Source: Octopus sinensis (Eukaryota). Taken from it: 64,000 nt of DNA. Numbering within the stretch: position 1 is the first letter of the stretch; each line of letters starts with the position of its first letter. Shown here piece after piece: positions 39,836-52,338 of this stretch. The notes below the pieces were generated by a model. The model saw only the letters and a program-made list of their open reading frames with translations. It was not told the origin of the DNA and searched no databases. The position numbers were made by a program, and so were the translations under genes. The DNA is taken from the NCBI RefSeq assembly GCF_006345805.1, contig NC_042998.1, positions 73,098,001 to 73,162,000 of the forward strand, read 5' to 3'.

Positions 39836-40020
39836 ATCTAAGAGATGAGGAATTATGTACATTATTTTTACATTATTTAAATTATTTACATTTGACAGGT
39901 ATTTGTCCTCATCTTCTTTGTTGTTAACTCTTCAGTTCGGCTGATATAACCTCTAGCCTTCATCAGGTGTCTAGGGGAAATTTCGAACAATGGGTTCTCA
40001 TTCTTAAGGTATTTTTCAAT
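39836..40020 (-). mobile_element. PLE-type terminal module with decayed hammerhead (3' part of the composite element)
   Basis: Reverse complement of the 50500-50660 tail. It contains GACAC CTGATGA AGGCT...AGCC GAAC at 39971-39925. Confidence 0.75.
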
Positions 40021-40257
<237 letters not shown>

Positions 40258-41373
40258 TTTTTTCTTCTTTCAAATTTTCTTCCATTTCTTGCCGAGTGTC
40301 TTCCCGACTCCTAGGGCAAAGAAACTCATAGTGTATATTGGTAGGCCATTAAACCAAACTCAGTAGTTCGTTCATTTTTTTTTTTTTTTTTTTTAAGTTA
40401 AATTAAAATACATGAGCAGCAACAGTTCTCACATCGACAATGCTCTTCTCAATACGTGTGATGTACCAGTTAAGACAATCTTTTGCACTTCTTGCAGGGA
40501 TGGTAAGCCAGGGATCATTCTCATATAATTTTCGGTTCCCTTCTTGATCATTCCTAGTGCTCCTACGATCACTGGTATTGTAACCGCCTTGAGATGCCAC
40601 ATTTTCTCAATTTCAATGAGTAGGTCTTTATATTTTCTGAGCTTGTCAAACTCTTTCGCTGAGATATTATGATCACAGGGGATGCTCATGTCGATCAATA
40701 AGCAAACTTTATTGTTTTGGTCTTTCACAACAATATCTGGTTTATTGGCCTTGATGGTTCGGTCTGTATGTACTGGAAAGTCCCACAGAATGGTTACATT
40801 TTCTCCTTCAGTTACAGCCTCAGGGTGGTGATTATACCACTTGTTGGCAGTTTTGATATTGTAATGCCGACTTATTAGCCAGTGGAGATATTGGCCAACT
40901 CTGTCATGTCTTAATTTATACTCCACTGGTGCTAAGACTTTACATCCAGAGATTAGGTGGTCCACTGTTTCAATCATGTCGTTGCAGAATCGGCATTTTG
41001 GGTCTGCTCCATGTTTCATCACATTGGCCTGGTAGTTCCGGGTTAATAGGCTTTGGTCTTGAGCAGCCAGGATGAAACCTTCGCTCTCTGCTTTTAGCCT
41101 GAGCTCCGCAGCCACTGATGGGTTTGCTTCTGGTCAACATCAGCTTGTTTGCTGCGGGTCACATATTTGCCGTGCAGAGGTTTCTCCTCCCACCTATCAG
41201 CCAATTGCTCGTGCGCTTTTTTCATTGCCATCATTTTCACCTTCTTTGCAACAATAGTTGCCGTAATTCCCTCGGGTTGTTCAGTTTGGGTATCCTGCAC
41301 GAGATCAATAGCAATTTTTTTGCTTTCCTTGATGATAGAATGAGCAATTTTTTTGCTTTCCTTGATGATAAAA

Positions 41374-41375
<2 letters not shown>
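40258..41375 (-). mobile_element. Young 5'-truncated R4/Dong-type LINE inserted in (TAA)n
   Basis: Nearly intact C-terminal ORF, 3' UTR and (TAA)n tail. The 5' end abuts (TAA)n at 41376. Confidence 0.9.
40429..41375 (-). pseudogene. R4/Dong ORF C-terminus: CCHC zinc knuckle plus PD-(D/E)xK restriction-like endonuclease
   Basis: WEEKPLHGKY...HQWLRSSG/LKAESEGFILAAQDQSL...CRFCNDMIETVDHLISGC...RHD...KPDIVV...LIDMSIP...KLRKY. There is a single 1-nt frameshift near 41096. Confidence 0.9.
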
Positions 41376-41437
<62 letters not shown>

Positions 41438-41529
41438 AATAATAATATTATTCAGGTCACTGCCTGGAATCAATGGTGTGTGAGTATATGTATGTATGTT
41501 TGTATATATGTATGTATATAAATAAATTC

Positions 41530-42870
41530 ACATTTACGAAGTGTTGTATTACTCTTGAATACCGTCCTAATGTTATATGGACCGCATATCTGTTGTATCT
41601 TTTCGGAGAGACCTTTCACAAAGGGTAGACAGACTGTGGTCAGTTTATGGGTTTCATCCACATTCTCTCTCCTTTTCGTAATTAGAGTGAATATACGTAT
41701 TTTGGGTAGTTGCAGCTTAATATATTGCTACTTAGCCTGATCATTTCTTCCTGGTGTGTATCAGTATCGCTGCTTATATTCTTTGCTGGATGTTTTAGGC
41801 ACTGGGCAATCCCTCTCTTTACCCTATATGGATGGTGGGAATTGAATTTGAGGGATCGTCCAGTGAAGGTTGGCTTGCGGATGTCCTAAACCCATGCTTA
41901 GTGCGTGTTATTAATACGTCCAGGAATGCTAGCTCATTGTCTTTTTTCCTTTTCCATTGTGAATTGTATGGATGGTTTTATTGAGTTCACTTGATCTAGC
42001 AGTACTTGGACATCTTCCTGGTAGGATCATAATATAAAGTTTCATCAACGTATCGAAGCCAACGCGTTGGCGTTAGTGGTGTTGATCCTAAATCCAATTT
42101 CTCAAAGTATTCCATGTATATCTTTGTGATAATGGCGAACCCATAGCTAAACCCTCAGCTTGTCGATATATCTCAGTTTCTTCTCTGTCCATAGTAAAGT
42201 ACGTAGTTTTTACACAGAAGGTCAACATTTCCATCAAGTTTCCTTATCCGTCACTAGTTTTCTTTAATAATCTCTGATAGTACTTCATCCGTTGGGACTT
42301 TGGTGGACAGATTTATCACATTTAGACTTACCGTCTCGTTGGATCCAATGCAGGTATCCTTGGTCAATTCAGTGAAGTGGATGGAATTCTTCACATATGA
42401 TGTTGACTTACCTGCTAATGGACCGATTATATCCACAAGGAAGCGGCTCAGAGGATGAGATGCCGAACTTCTACTGCTCACTAGGTAGACCACATGTGTG
42501 GTAGCTTACTGTAGTGTTGAGTCAGTTGTCTATACTTCATTGGTATGAAGTAATCCTTGTTCTTGATTAAGATCTGGGACAACTGCCTCTCTGTTTACAG
42601 AGTTGGGTCTTTCTTTACTCTGACGTAGCTAACATCACGTATGAGATTTGCCAATTTTTAGGAATAATCACACTTGTTCATCACCGCCATAGCATTGCCC
42701 TTGTCTGCTGGAATTATTGTGATGGTGTTGTCACTCTGTAGTGTTTCGATAGTGAACTTTTCTTACTTAGTGATGTTTGGTTTCGCTTTCTCACTTTCCG
42801 CCTTACTTCATCTCCCTGAGCTTTTGGTATCTTTATGGCTATCTCCTCAATATGGGCAGTTATGTCCTAG
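41530..42870 (-). mobile_element. Penelope-like element RT, decayed and truncated before the GIY-YIG domain
   Basis: ITIIPADKGNA, VSLNVINLSTKVP, YRQAEGLAMGSPLS, WLRYVDET, IQFTMEKE, ELAFLDVL, FNSHHP and CLPFVKGLSEKIQQICGPYNIRTVFKSNTTLR. Confidence 0.9.
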
Positions 42871-42874
42871 TATG

Positions 42875-43015
42875 GAATGCACCCGATGAAAGCTGTAGAG
42901 TAAATCAGCCGAAACGTTGTGGTAACAACAAACAAGCTGAGGTCACATATTCCTCCAATGTAAATAATTTAAATAATGTACAGAATTCCTCCATCTCTAA
43001 AATATTGAACAGTAT
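42875..43015 (+). mobile_element. PLE terminal module (pLTR-like) with hammerhead motif, inverted relative to the RT
   Basis: GCAC CCGATGA AAGCTG...CAGCC GAAAC GTT GTG, followed by the same tail as 50586-50660 and the reverse complement of 39836-39925. Confidence 0.7.
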
Positions 43016-43338
43016 AAGCCAGAAAAGTATCACTCTAATGTCTAAAACCGCAAACATAACGTAAAATTTGACTTCGAAATTATGCTTAAACTGGCATTGT
43101 TAGCGGAGTTGGTAGATCAACAACTATAATGAATCAATAAAGATGTGTCAAATAATTTATTCATGTACTTGTTGGGATTATACTTTATTCTTCGCCAAAA
43201 CCACACAACTGTGTTACCGTCGTGAAACCAGGATTTTCTGCACTTGAAGAATTTCAGAATTGACCCTGTCGATACCTGAGAACTGGGGTTCAGTGCAACT
43301 CTGAAATACCGTACGTTTATGCCCTACTAGGATCAAGA

Positions 43339-43378
<40 letters not shown>

Positions 43379-44299
43379 TGTGTGTGTGCGCGTGTGCATG
43401 TGTGTACTTATATATGTATAAATATTTGTGTATATGTGTGTGTATAGATTTGATTAAAGAGTATCCATCGGCGTTTGATGCATGTTGAAGACTGCCACAA
43501 TTGATGGTCAGACAGAATGGCGCGTTTCAGGCTGTTAAGTAATCTATTATCAAACTACGAAATGCAAGAATGAAGGGAAGCTTACTGTCGTTTCGTCATT
43601 GGTAAATCCGATAATATCCAAAGATTAATGGAACCTTAATTGTGGCGTAAAATCCTGATAAAAGCAGACGAATGTGTCATATCGTATTGCTACAATTATT
43701 TTAAGAATTTTATCATGGTACAGACTGGTATGATGTATGATCAACATCCATGATATCGTGCAATACTCTACGCAAATCAAAGCTCATTAGTGTTACCAAA
43801 TATACAATTGAGCAGTGACCCGCTGACGAATCAACACATCATATACATCATACATCATACATCATATCGAAACAGAATGATCAACATTTAAGAAATCTAA
43901 AGTGGATGGGACTACAATTAGTCAGACACAAGGGGGGATACAGAATGTGGTTGTAAATTATAGAATTGTTAGATGGCATATCTAATCTAACGACGTCATT
44001 AAGTTGAGTGATATCACTTACATACTGGCAGATAGCAAGCACCAAGCAATACATTTGGCCCTATCAAAACACCATTGAAGGCTGTCGCCGTCGCTGTTCT
44101 AAAAAAAAACATTAACTATATTTTTTATCGTGTAGTCCTCAAAGAAGTGACATGGTTAATGAATTCCTTATTCATCTCACTTAATTCCTCTTGATTAAAC
44201 TGCTCCGATTAATTATAGCAGGACTAATAGAATATTAACTTTAATTAAGGGAGATCCAACTAATTATACATCAGAGAAAAAATAACTTAAGTTATAACG

Positions 44300-44740
44300 C
44301 AGAGAATAGCGAAGGTCTCTACAGAATTTCATCTTCCCTAGTTACGGACTTCATAATTCTTTATAAGCCTGTAATTTGTTTTAGCATTCATTTACATTTA
44401 TGGCCTTTCTAATTCTTTATAATTCTGAAAATTTTGTTTGACATTTTCCTAATTCTCCTACTAATTTAAAATTATTATTGTAGTTATCTGACCTATCTAC
44501 TTCACCTATATATTTTTAATTGCTTTCCTTTACTCTCAATAATAATGTGACATTATTGGTCAATAGGAACGTTAGAAATTATGTTTTTTTTTTTAGTTTT
44601 GTAATGAGAATATCAGCCCTGCTTTTCTTTCTCCATTGGTTTAGCTGTTCCACTCGTAATTTCATTGCAGCTATGTCACTGTTCTCTTTAATTTTTAGTA
44701 TTTAACTAACATAAATTCATGAATTTATATCTTGTATATT
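44300..44740 (-). mobile_element. Possible very old RTE-like RT remnant
   Basis: Weak peptides KLRVEQLNQWRKKSRADILITK and IIIESKGKQLKYIGE; heavily decayed. Confidence 0.3.
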
Positions 44741-45989
44741 AACACTGATTATTCACTAAACTACTTTCATTTGTCTAGTATACATGTATTGGTTTCTTTA
44801 TGGCATCACACTATTTCAGTCAACTGTGTTGTTCCCTTTTACTATTAGATTTATACTATTCATGTGGTGTCTTGGAAGTCTCAAGACAGAGCTTGAACTG
44901 AGAGAACATGTTATTAATGATGGCGCGAATAGCGACGAAAGGACTTCAACAAACAACCTTAATTAAAGTTAATATTTTGCTCGTCCTGCAATAACTGATT
45001 GAAGCAGATTAATCAAGAGGAATTAGGCGAAGCTTCTACGAGTAATCTCATTAAATTTAATGATATCGTTAGATTAGATATCCATTTAACTATTCTATAA
45101 TTTACAACCTCATTCTGCTATCTCTTCTTATGATTGTCCCATCCACTTTATATTTCTTAAATGTTGCTAATTCTGCTCCGATATTTAACTTGTTCATGAT
45201 ATGTTGATGCAGCAGCAGGTCACTATTGGCTTGTATAATGGGTAAGTCCGATAAGTTGTGAGTTGCACGATCTTATGGATATTGTGCATTCAAAGTACCT
45301 GACTGTACCTTGTATAAATCATAATAAGAACTCTTAATGAAACAATTGTAGCAATACCAAGTGTTCCATTTATACGTTTTGACTTAAATGCATGTATATC
45401 TGCATATATGTGTGCGCATATATACATGCGCGCGTATATAGATAGATATAACTTATTTTTTCTATAGTATTATATCTCAATACATAACTTACATAACTCA
45501 CTTTTCAAGAATTTAATTCAGTATTACCAAATCTTAATTTCAATATTGTCGTATCGTATGATGCTATGCAGGCGTATATATGCATACTGTTACGATAGAA
45601 GAATATACGAAAAGTAAGATAAATTCGAGAAAAAATAATAATGAAAGGGCAGAAATGTGAGAAGGACAATTTTAGTAAGCAACAAATGTAAGGAATCTAC
45701 ATTTGATTAACGGCGGCCAGTGTTGAAACGATAAATATACACAACGGGCGCATTTCTATGGAGTTTAACAACACCGAACCCAAAGCTGTCGAAAACTTTC
45801 GACTGCAACTACGTTTCAAGCAGATGCAGAGAATTTTGTCAGTAACCGATGTTCAGTAATGCGGCAGAAACTCTGACTCCCAAGGAAGTAATTTGAAAGT
45901 GGGTAGAGCAGATTCTGCGTCTTCTTTCACATCTCTAAGAAGTTTTAGAAAGATGTAATAGCTTTACATTCAATAAACTGCTTTGAATC

Positions 45990-46347
<358 letters not shown>

Positions 46348-48559
46348 CTTAAAACCGGCTTGTACGGGTGTTTTTGTGTGTCAGTGTATGCGTATGTGTG
46401 GATGTTTTTATTTTGTCTGATACGTTCTATTATTCTCCTAATGAAATGATAGAAAATTGAATTGAGATAAGTAAAAGGATTTGGATTAATGTTTGAACTT
46501 GAATGGTTTTTCTGCTTAAGAAATCTACATTTAATTAAAATCCTGAATAAGGTTGTTAGAAATATCCTGATGCTTTAATCCAAATTCATTTCGTCTCAGA
46601 GCATCTTTTATCCTACCGAAGTAATGAAGAAAGGATTAAATTGTAGTTAACCCTTTGATGTGTATCTCAGCAGACCAAATGGATGAGGTATTGGAGTCTT
46701 TCCTCATGGGCCATTAGTTCGATACTACTTTCACAATTTCGTTGTGATTCTGTAACTATATGTAGATATATATTCTGTATTTCCTCATTTCACCAATATG
46801 CAGAGATTAGGTATTTTTTCATCTTATAAAGTTGCATCCTACAAGTCTGGAGTCATAAAAAAGTGCATATGTGTGCTATATATCTAATTCCATGAAACTG
46901 GAGATATGCAAGGCTACCAATGAATAGATATTGAGAATCAGAAAACAATATAATTTCTGAGAGAAATGAACTTCAGTGTACAGAGACACTAATAGCAACT
47001 GAATCAGTATTATAAGCTATCAAAACCCTCAGTAATTGCATTGTGTTATTATTATATCGGACCATATCTTGTAAGACGGCATGAGGTGTATGTACAATTA
47101 TAAAATTCATATTTAAGTGGCTGGAATGCGCGATCGCAGAAGCTACGATCATTCGATGTGTTGACTGTTATTTTTCATCTCCATTAACTGAACTATTATC
47201 GACTAGCCCGGCTAGTCTCAGCTGCGATTAAATTAAAACAAATTCCAATGTATTAATACATAGTGTACGAAAATACTGAATTATGTTAATTTTGATAAAT
47301 AACAAGGGTTCCAGTTCATTGCTTTGATTATTATAAGATAATACTATGTGTGATACTTTTTACCGAAGTTATTTTTGTCAGTCATACACGACTTGTAACA
47401 GACTTGTTTGCAAAGTGTGCACGTTTGAGCGTATGCGATTCCGTTTTGATATTACTTGTCCAATATTTTTCGGGTGTAAACGAAAAAGTCGAACAGCAAT
47501 CGTAAATGGCAGACATTGTTTTAAACGCTGTTGTGCAGTTGTTCAGGAATTTTATAATTTCCAGACCGAATAGCAGTATATTTCCTTCGAACTTTCTAAA
47601 TGTATTATTTCATTATTTTTCAGCACTATTTTTGTACTATTTGCAATCTATGTACACGTGGTTTTATCAGACAAGAACAGAATAATAAATATATAGACAC
47701 TACCCAGTAACCTAGGCGGATGATTTGGACAGTGTATACAACCAATAACATTTCACAATATATTTTAATGCATCTGTAAATGAAAATAGGTATAAATCAC
47801 TTAACTGAAAATGATGACTGTTACCTGTCTATCAGTGCCTATGGTGACCGTTGGAAATACATCACTCTCCTCATTCAGAAATTAAAATTAAAATGACTTA
47901 GAATTATATTCTTTCTTCCCAGTATTTACATATAATACACATGATATTTCATAATACGATGTATGCTGATCAGCGTGCGTATGTGTATATGTGACACATT
48001 TGTATAGTAGGAGAGCAAAAGGCAAATTTTATCTATTTCATACGGAACCAGCATAAGTCGTATTATGTTTAAGCTTCTTTTCCAATTCCTAAATGATTTA
48101 CGTAAATCTCTACATATATGATTTATTTGGGTGAAATTTTAATTCATTTCATTTTGCATAAAATATTTAGTTGTTTATATTCGAGCCGTATCAATGTAAA
48201 TACCCAAGGGAGTTTGAACGTTTGCTATTTAAAAAAAAAATCAAAACTTTATTTTAGATGACACCTTAAAAATCCAATAAGTGTTCCAATTGCATTTACA
48301 TAAATACAAATAAAAATCTTACTACAAACATATTTAGTTCTAAAAATGTTCCTCTAACATAGAGACGGTGTACAGTCCAATATTTTATGGATTGTATGTG
48401 TATATATATATACACACGCACAAACACACACACGCATACAGACATTTATATAGTTTAATGGTCATGTATTTCTTCCTAGCCGAGATGGTAGTAATGGAGC
48501 CTTTGGAGATTTCCGATGCTGCGGATATATAACTGTTAAAGAGGACAACAAGCATTAAG

Positions 48560-49000
48560 GCAAGGCAAACATTTCAAGTCGTATACAATATTATTATTGG
48601 AAAAAATTTAATGTCTTACAGCTGTTTTGGGGATATACCGTCATCAGAGACAAATAGGGAAAAATCGGAAAAATGAGAATTTTATCTATTAATGAGATGA
48701 CGTCATAGAGGAAGGGAGTAAAATAATAACGATATGGAGAGAAAGAAGAGAATAGAATCATAAAAGTTCATAGTTCAACTTTCCGGTGTTGTAGAAACAA
48801 CAGCATAAATCCTTAGGTGCAATTCTGCGCAGATCTAGGAGCATAAAACCTCAGGTGCGATCCTATGTAGTTCCATGTGGGTTAAAATCTTGATATAATA
48901 AACATCCGAGGTAAAAGGACGCGAACATATCAATATTAAATAACAGAATGTTACCGGAGGTGGCTATTAAGCGGTAAGAGGAACGAAAAGGAAATAGATA
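48560..49000 (-). mobile_element. Old PLE-like 3' end remnant (second family)
   Basis: Terminal hammerhead motif at 48612-48652 with a T-rich UTR upstream and a weak NPHG-like peptide. Confidence 0.35.
48612..48652 (-). ncRNA. Type I hammerhead ribozyme motif with G12A core change (probably inactive)
   Basis: TGTCT CTGATGA cggtatatcccc AAAA CAGCTG TA AGACA. Stem I is 5 bp, stem III is the palindrome ACAGCTGT and the triplet is GUA. Confidence 0.55.
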
Positions 49001-49924
49001 GAAAGGGAGGTAGATGGAGTGACATGGGGGAATTTATGGATTGGTGTTAGGATAAAGTAAGGTACATAGGTGTATGGTGTCCAAGAATTATGTACAGGGA
49101 AACCGAGAAGATAAGAGAGAGTATGAGGAGGTAGAGGAAATTAGGGTGAAAAACAGCAAAATGAAAGGAATTTAAAGGTATTAGTAGGTGTCTGTGGTAG
49201 TCGTAAAGTCTATATATGTTGGGGAGGAAATCTAGTAGTAAATGCTTGTGTTCGTTCTGGCTTAGATCAGTGGCTGTAGAGGTATTATCAGCAATAGGAT
49301 TATGAGTGTGTATGTAGTCAAGAATGGAGGAGCTAGTTGAATGTTAAATTATTTATGAGTAGGAGTTAGAGTTAGATATTAGGGGATTTATATTAGGGCT
49401 TTATTGGGTTAGAGTTTAAAAATAAACTAAGGATAAATTAAAGAATTAATATTTATCTCATTAAGTGATGATGTAAGGTAGATACAAGAGATATAAGATA
49501 TAAGGTAGAAATAAGAGATATAAAGATATAGGAGGTATAGAAGAGATATAGAGCAGTATATGCTAATGATTATAGGGGTGTGTAAGCGGGTGCTATTCGT
49601 GGGGGTGAATTTACATTTAGATTTCTCAAAGAATTTAAAAGTGCGGAGGAATTTGTGCTTACACTTAGTGAAGTCATCGTTGTAATTTTAAGCAATTGTG
49701 GTGAGTGGTGTGTTAATATTTTGAGGGCTTTAGAGTTCACAACTGTAGTGTTGGATCTGATATAGGATAACCGAGTCTATCATAGCCCAAGAAAGTTCTT
49801 TTCTATTAATTAGATGGTGTACGTGGCTGGCTAGTGATGTGGAAATCCTATTCTGTTTATATTGAAATGAGTTTAAATGTGCATAACATCATTGTTTAAA
49901 AATTTGGGGCTATTTTCAGTAAAG

Positions 49925-50290
49925 GTCGGCTTGCGGTAAACGGACGTTACCTAAACTTCAATTCCCACCATCTAAAGTGAGGGATTGCTCAGTGCCTAAA
50001 ACAACGTGCAAAGAATATAAGTAGCAATCGTGATACACACCACGAAGAAAAGATCAAGCTCAATAAAGAGCTGTTAAGCAATAACTATTCCCAAAGTATA
50101 CTATGTAGTCCAATTATGAAGAAGAGAGAGGCTGAAACCAATGAACTGTCCCCAGACTGTCTATCCTATGTGAAGGCTTCTTTGAAATGATACAACAGAT
50201 ATGCGGCCCATATGACATCAGGACAGTATTCAAGAGTAATACAACACTTCGCAAATATCTCCCTCGAGAAAAACCACTCCATTCATAAGC
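49925..50290 (+). mobile_element. Penelope-like RT C-terminal fragment (same family as 41530-42870)
   Basis: GRYLNFNSHH, RGIAQCLKQRAKNISS and MIQQICGPYDIRTVFKSNTTLRKYL; nucleotide similarity to the reverse complement of 41530-41880. Confidence 0.85.
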
Positions 50291-50321
50291 CCTAAAATTT
50301 ACTCCATAATTACCAACGGGC

Positions 50322-50660
50322 ATATGGCGTGATGGTTAAGATTTGGGCTAACCCCAAAATTCCGAGTTCAATTCCAGGCAGTGACCTGAACAATAATAAT
50401 AACAACAACAACAATAATAATAATAATAATAACAACAACAACAACAACAACAACAACAATAATAATAATAATAATAATAATAATGATAATAATAATAACA
50501 TCGAAAAATAACTTAGGAATGAGAACCCAGGTTCGAAATTTCCCCAAGACACCCGAAGAAGGTATATCAGCCGAAACGTTGTTTTAACATCAAGATGAGG
50601 ACAAATAACCGTCGAATGTAAATAATGTACATAATTCCCCATCTCTTAAATATAGAACTG
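50322..50660 (+). mobile_element. SINE-like module: tRNA-like head, (AAT/AAC)n, hammerhead, PLE tail
   Basis: A box TGGCGTGATGG (50325-50335), B box GAGTTCAATTCC (50364-50375), microsatellite at about 50391-50500 and hammerhead motif at 50548-50585. Confidence 0.8.
50548..50585 (+). ncRNA. Type I hammerhead motif, decayed (U4C, stem II deletion)
   Basis: GACAC CCGAAGA aggtatatcagcc GAAAC GT T GTTTT. Confidence 0.5.
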
Positions 50661-51056
50661 GAATAATGGCAACGTTGATATGAATACTAGAAATGACAGC
50701 AATAATAACAGCAATATTACGATCGATTCACCTCATACCACTCTAGCCACTACCAGTACTACTATATTTCCTCTCCAAATAATCATCATAGAACTGATGA
50801 CTGCAACTGCAGATCCAGGTCAGATTGCCCACTGCAAGCCCAATGCAGAAAATTCAACGCCGTATACCAATGCACCGTTCACAACATAGTAAATAACTCC
50901 AGTAGCTTCTACACTAGATTTAGCACGAGTTTCAAACAAAGATACATACATGTATATATATCAATATATATGTATAAGGGTGAAAAGGAACACACGAGTT
51001 GATATATATGAAAAAACAAGTCAAAATAGAAAATGCTAAAATAATTTTATAAAGAA

Positions 51057-51104
51057 CATTTCAGTACCGGTTTCGGTCATTTTGAGACCTTTTCAACTGT
51101 AACG
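51057..51104 (-). ncRNA. Type I minimal hammerhead ribozyme with U3-A8 covariant core, apparently intact
   Basis: CGTTACAG TTGAAAA GGTC tcaaaat GACC GAAA CCGG TA CTGAAATG. Stem I has 7/8 pairs, stem II is a perfect 4 bp, stem III is the palindrome ACCGGT and the triplet is GUA. Confidence 0.75.
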
Positions 51105-51245
51105 ATTAAATAATTAAATTTAGAAAAATTAAAAGAAAAGTTTTTTTTAAGGAATATTTGTATAGTGTTCAAATATAAGTGGCATTCTGCCTTTCTCTGT
51201 CTCCCTTGTTTGCACTTGTGTGTTCGAGGCCGTTGTGAATCCTAT

Positions 51246-51294
<49 letters not shown>

Positions 51295-52159
51295 ATATAT
51301 ACGTATATTCATACATACATGTATACATGTACATAATTAAATATATATGTATATTGATATATAGACATATATATTCATATGTATTTATATATATATATAT
51401 CAAAGAATAGACCGTAGTAAAGTGCACTATAAAGGGATATATATATACATACACATAGGTGCACATGCGAACGACAACGATATGAAGAACCCAAAAATAT
51501 ACACGATGCTGAGAATCTTATATTCATTATTGGTTGTATAATTATGTTTGTGTCTTTGATCGGTTAGCTGTTGAGGGAAAAATTTAATTTGAAATTCAAT
51601 TTAGTCAAATTGTCTGTTTCCAATGAGAGATGGCACATATGTAGCCCGTACGTATAATTGATTAACAACATGGAAACTTGGTCCCCGTTGATAATTGAAA
51701 TATAGTTAAAATATTCCAATAAAAACTTTTAGAACGCTAATTCACTAATGAAAACTGTAAAGAATGTTCATAATCGCGTACGGTTTAAAAAAAAAAATTG
51801 TTTTGTTGTTGTTCTAATTGCTGTTATTGTTATGTTGCTTTTGTTGTACTAAGTGAAATAGACGAGATTTATTTGTGATTTGAATCATTTCCAGCTGGGA
51901 AATATTTAAACAAGAATATTTTCACAATTGAATTACAGGCAACTTGAAATATTTGAAAGTTGTTAAAGCAGCGTACACATGTTGCTATCAATTTTTCTTT
52001 AACAAAATACTTAACTATAGCGCTAAATTGCACAAATTATTCTACGTACAGCATGCTTTGTTTGTCCGGCAGAGCATTTGTAAATTTTATAAAACAAACA
52101 CGGACGTACACACATACTCGCATGTGTGTATGTGTATGAAATGAGTACGTATATATGTA

Positions 52160-52207
52160 TTGTGTGTGTGTGAGTGTGTGTGTTCATGCGTGTGTGTGTA
52201 TGTGTGT

Positions 52208-52258
<51 letters not shown>

Positions 52259-52270
52259 AGTGTGTGTGTG
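52160..52270. repeat. (TG)n microsatellite
   Basis: Direct reading of the sequence. Confidence 0.95.
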
Positions 52271-52285
52271 AGTCGAGTCGAGCGG

Positions 52286-52338
52286 TCTCTACTGATGAGG
52301 CTACAGAATTAACCGAAACTGATCGATCGGTGTCGAGA
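52286..52338 (+). ncRNA. Type I hammerhead motif, decayed
   Basis: TCTCTA CTGATGA GGCTA cagaat TAACC GAAA CTGATCGATCGG TG TCGAGA. The core is exact, stem III is near-palindromic and the cleavage position is G. Confidence 0.5.

Noticed and set aside
47346-47600. Possible Tc1 N-terminal remnant
   Set aside because: Motifs too weak; no TIR identified.
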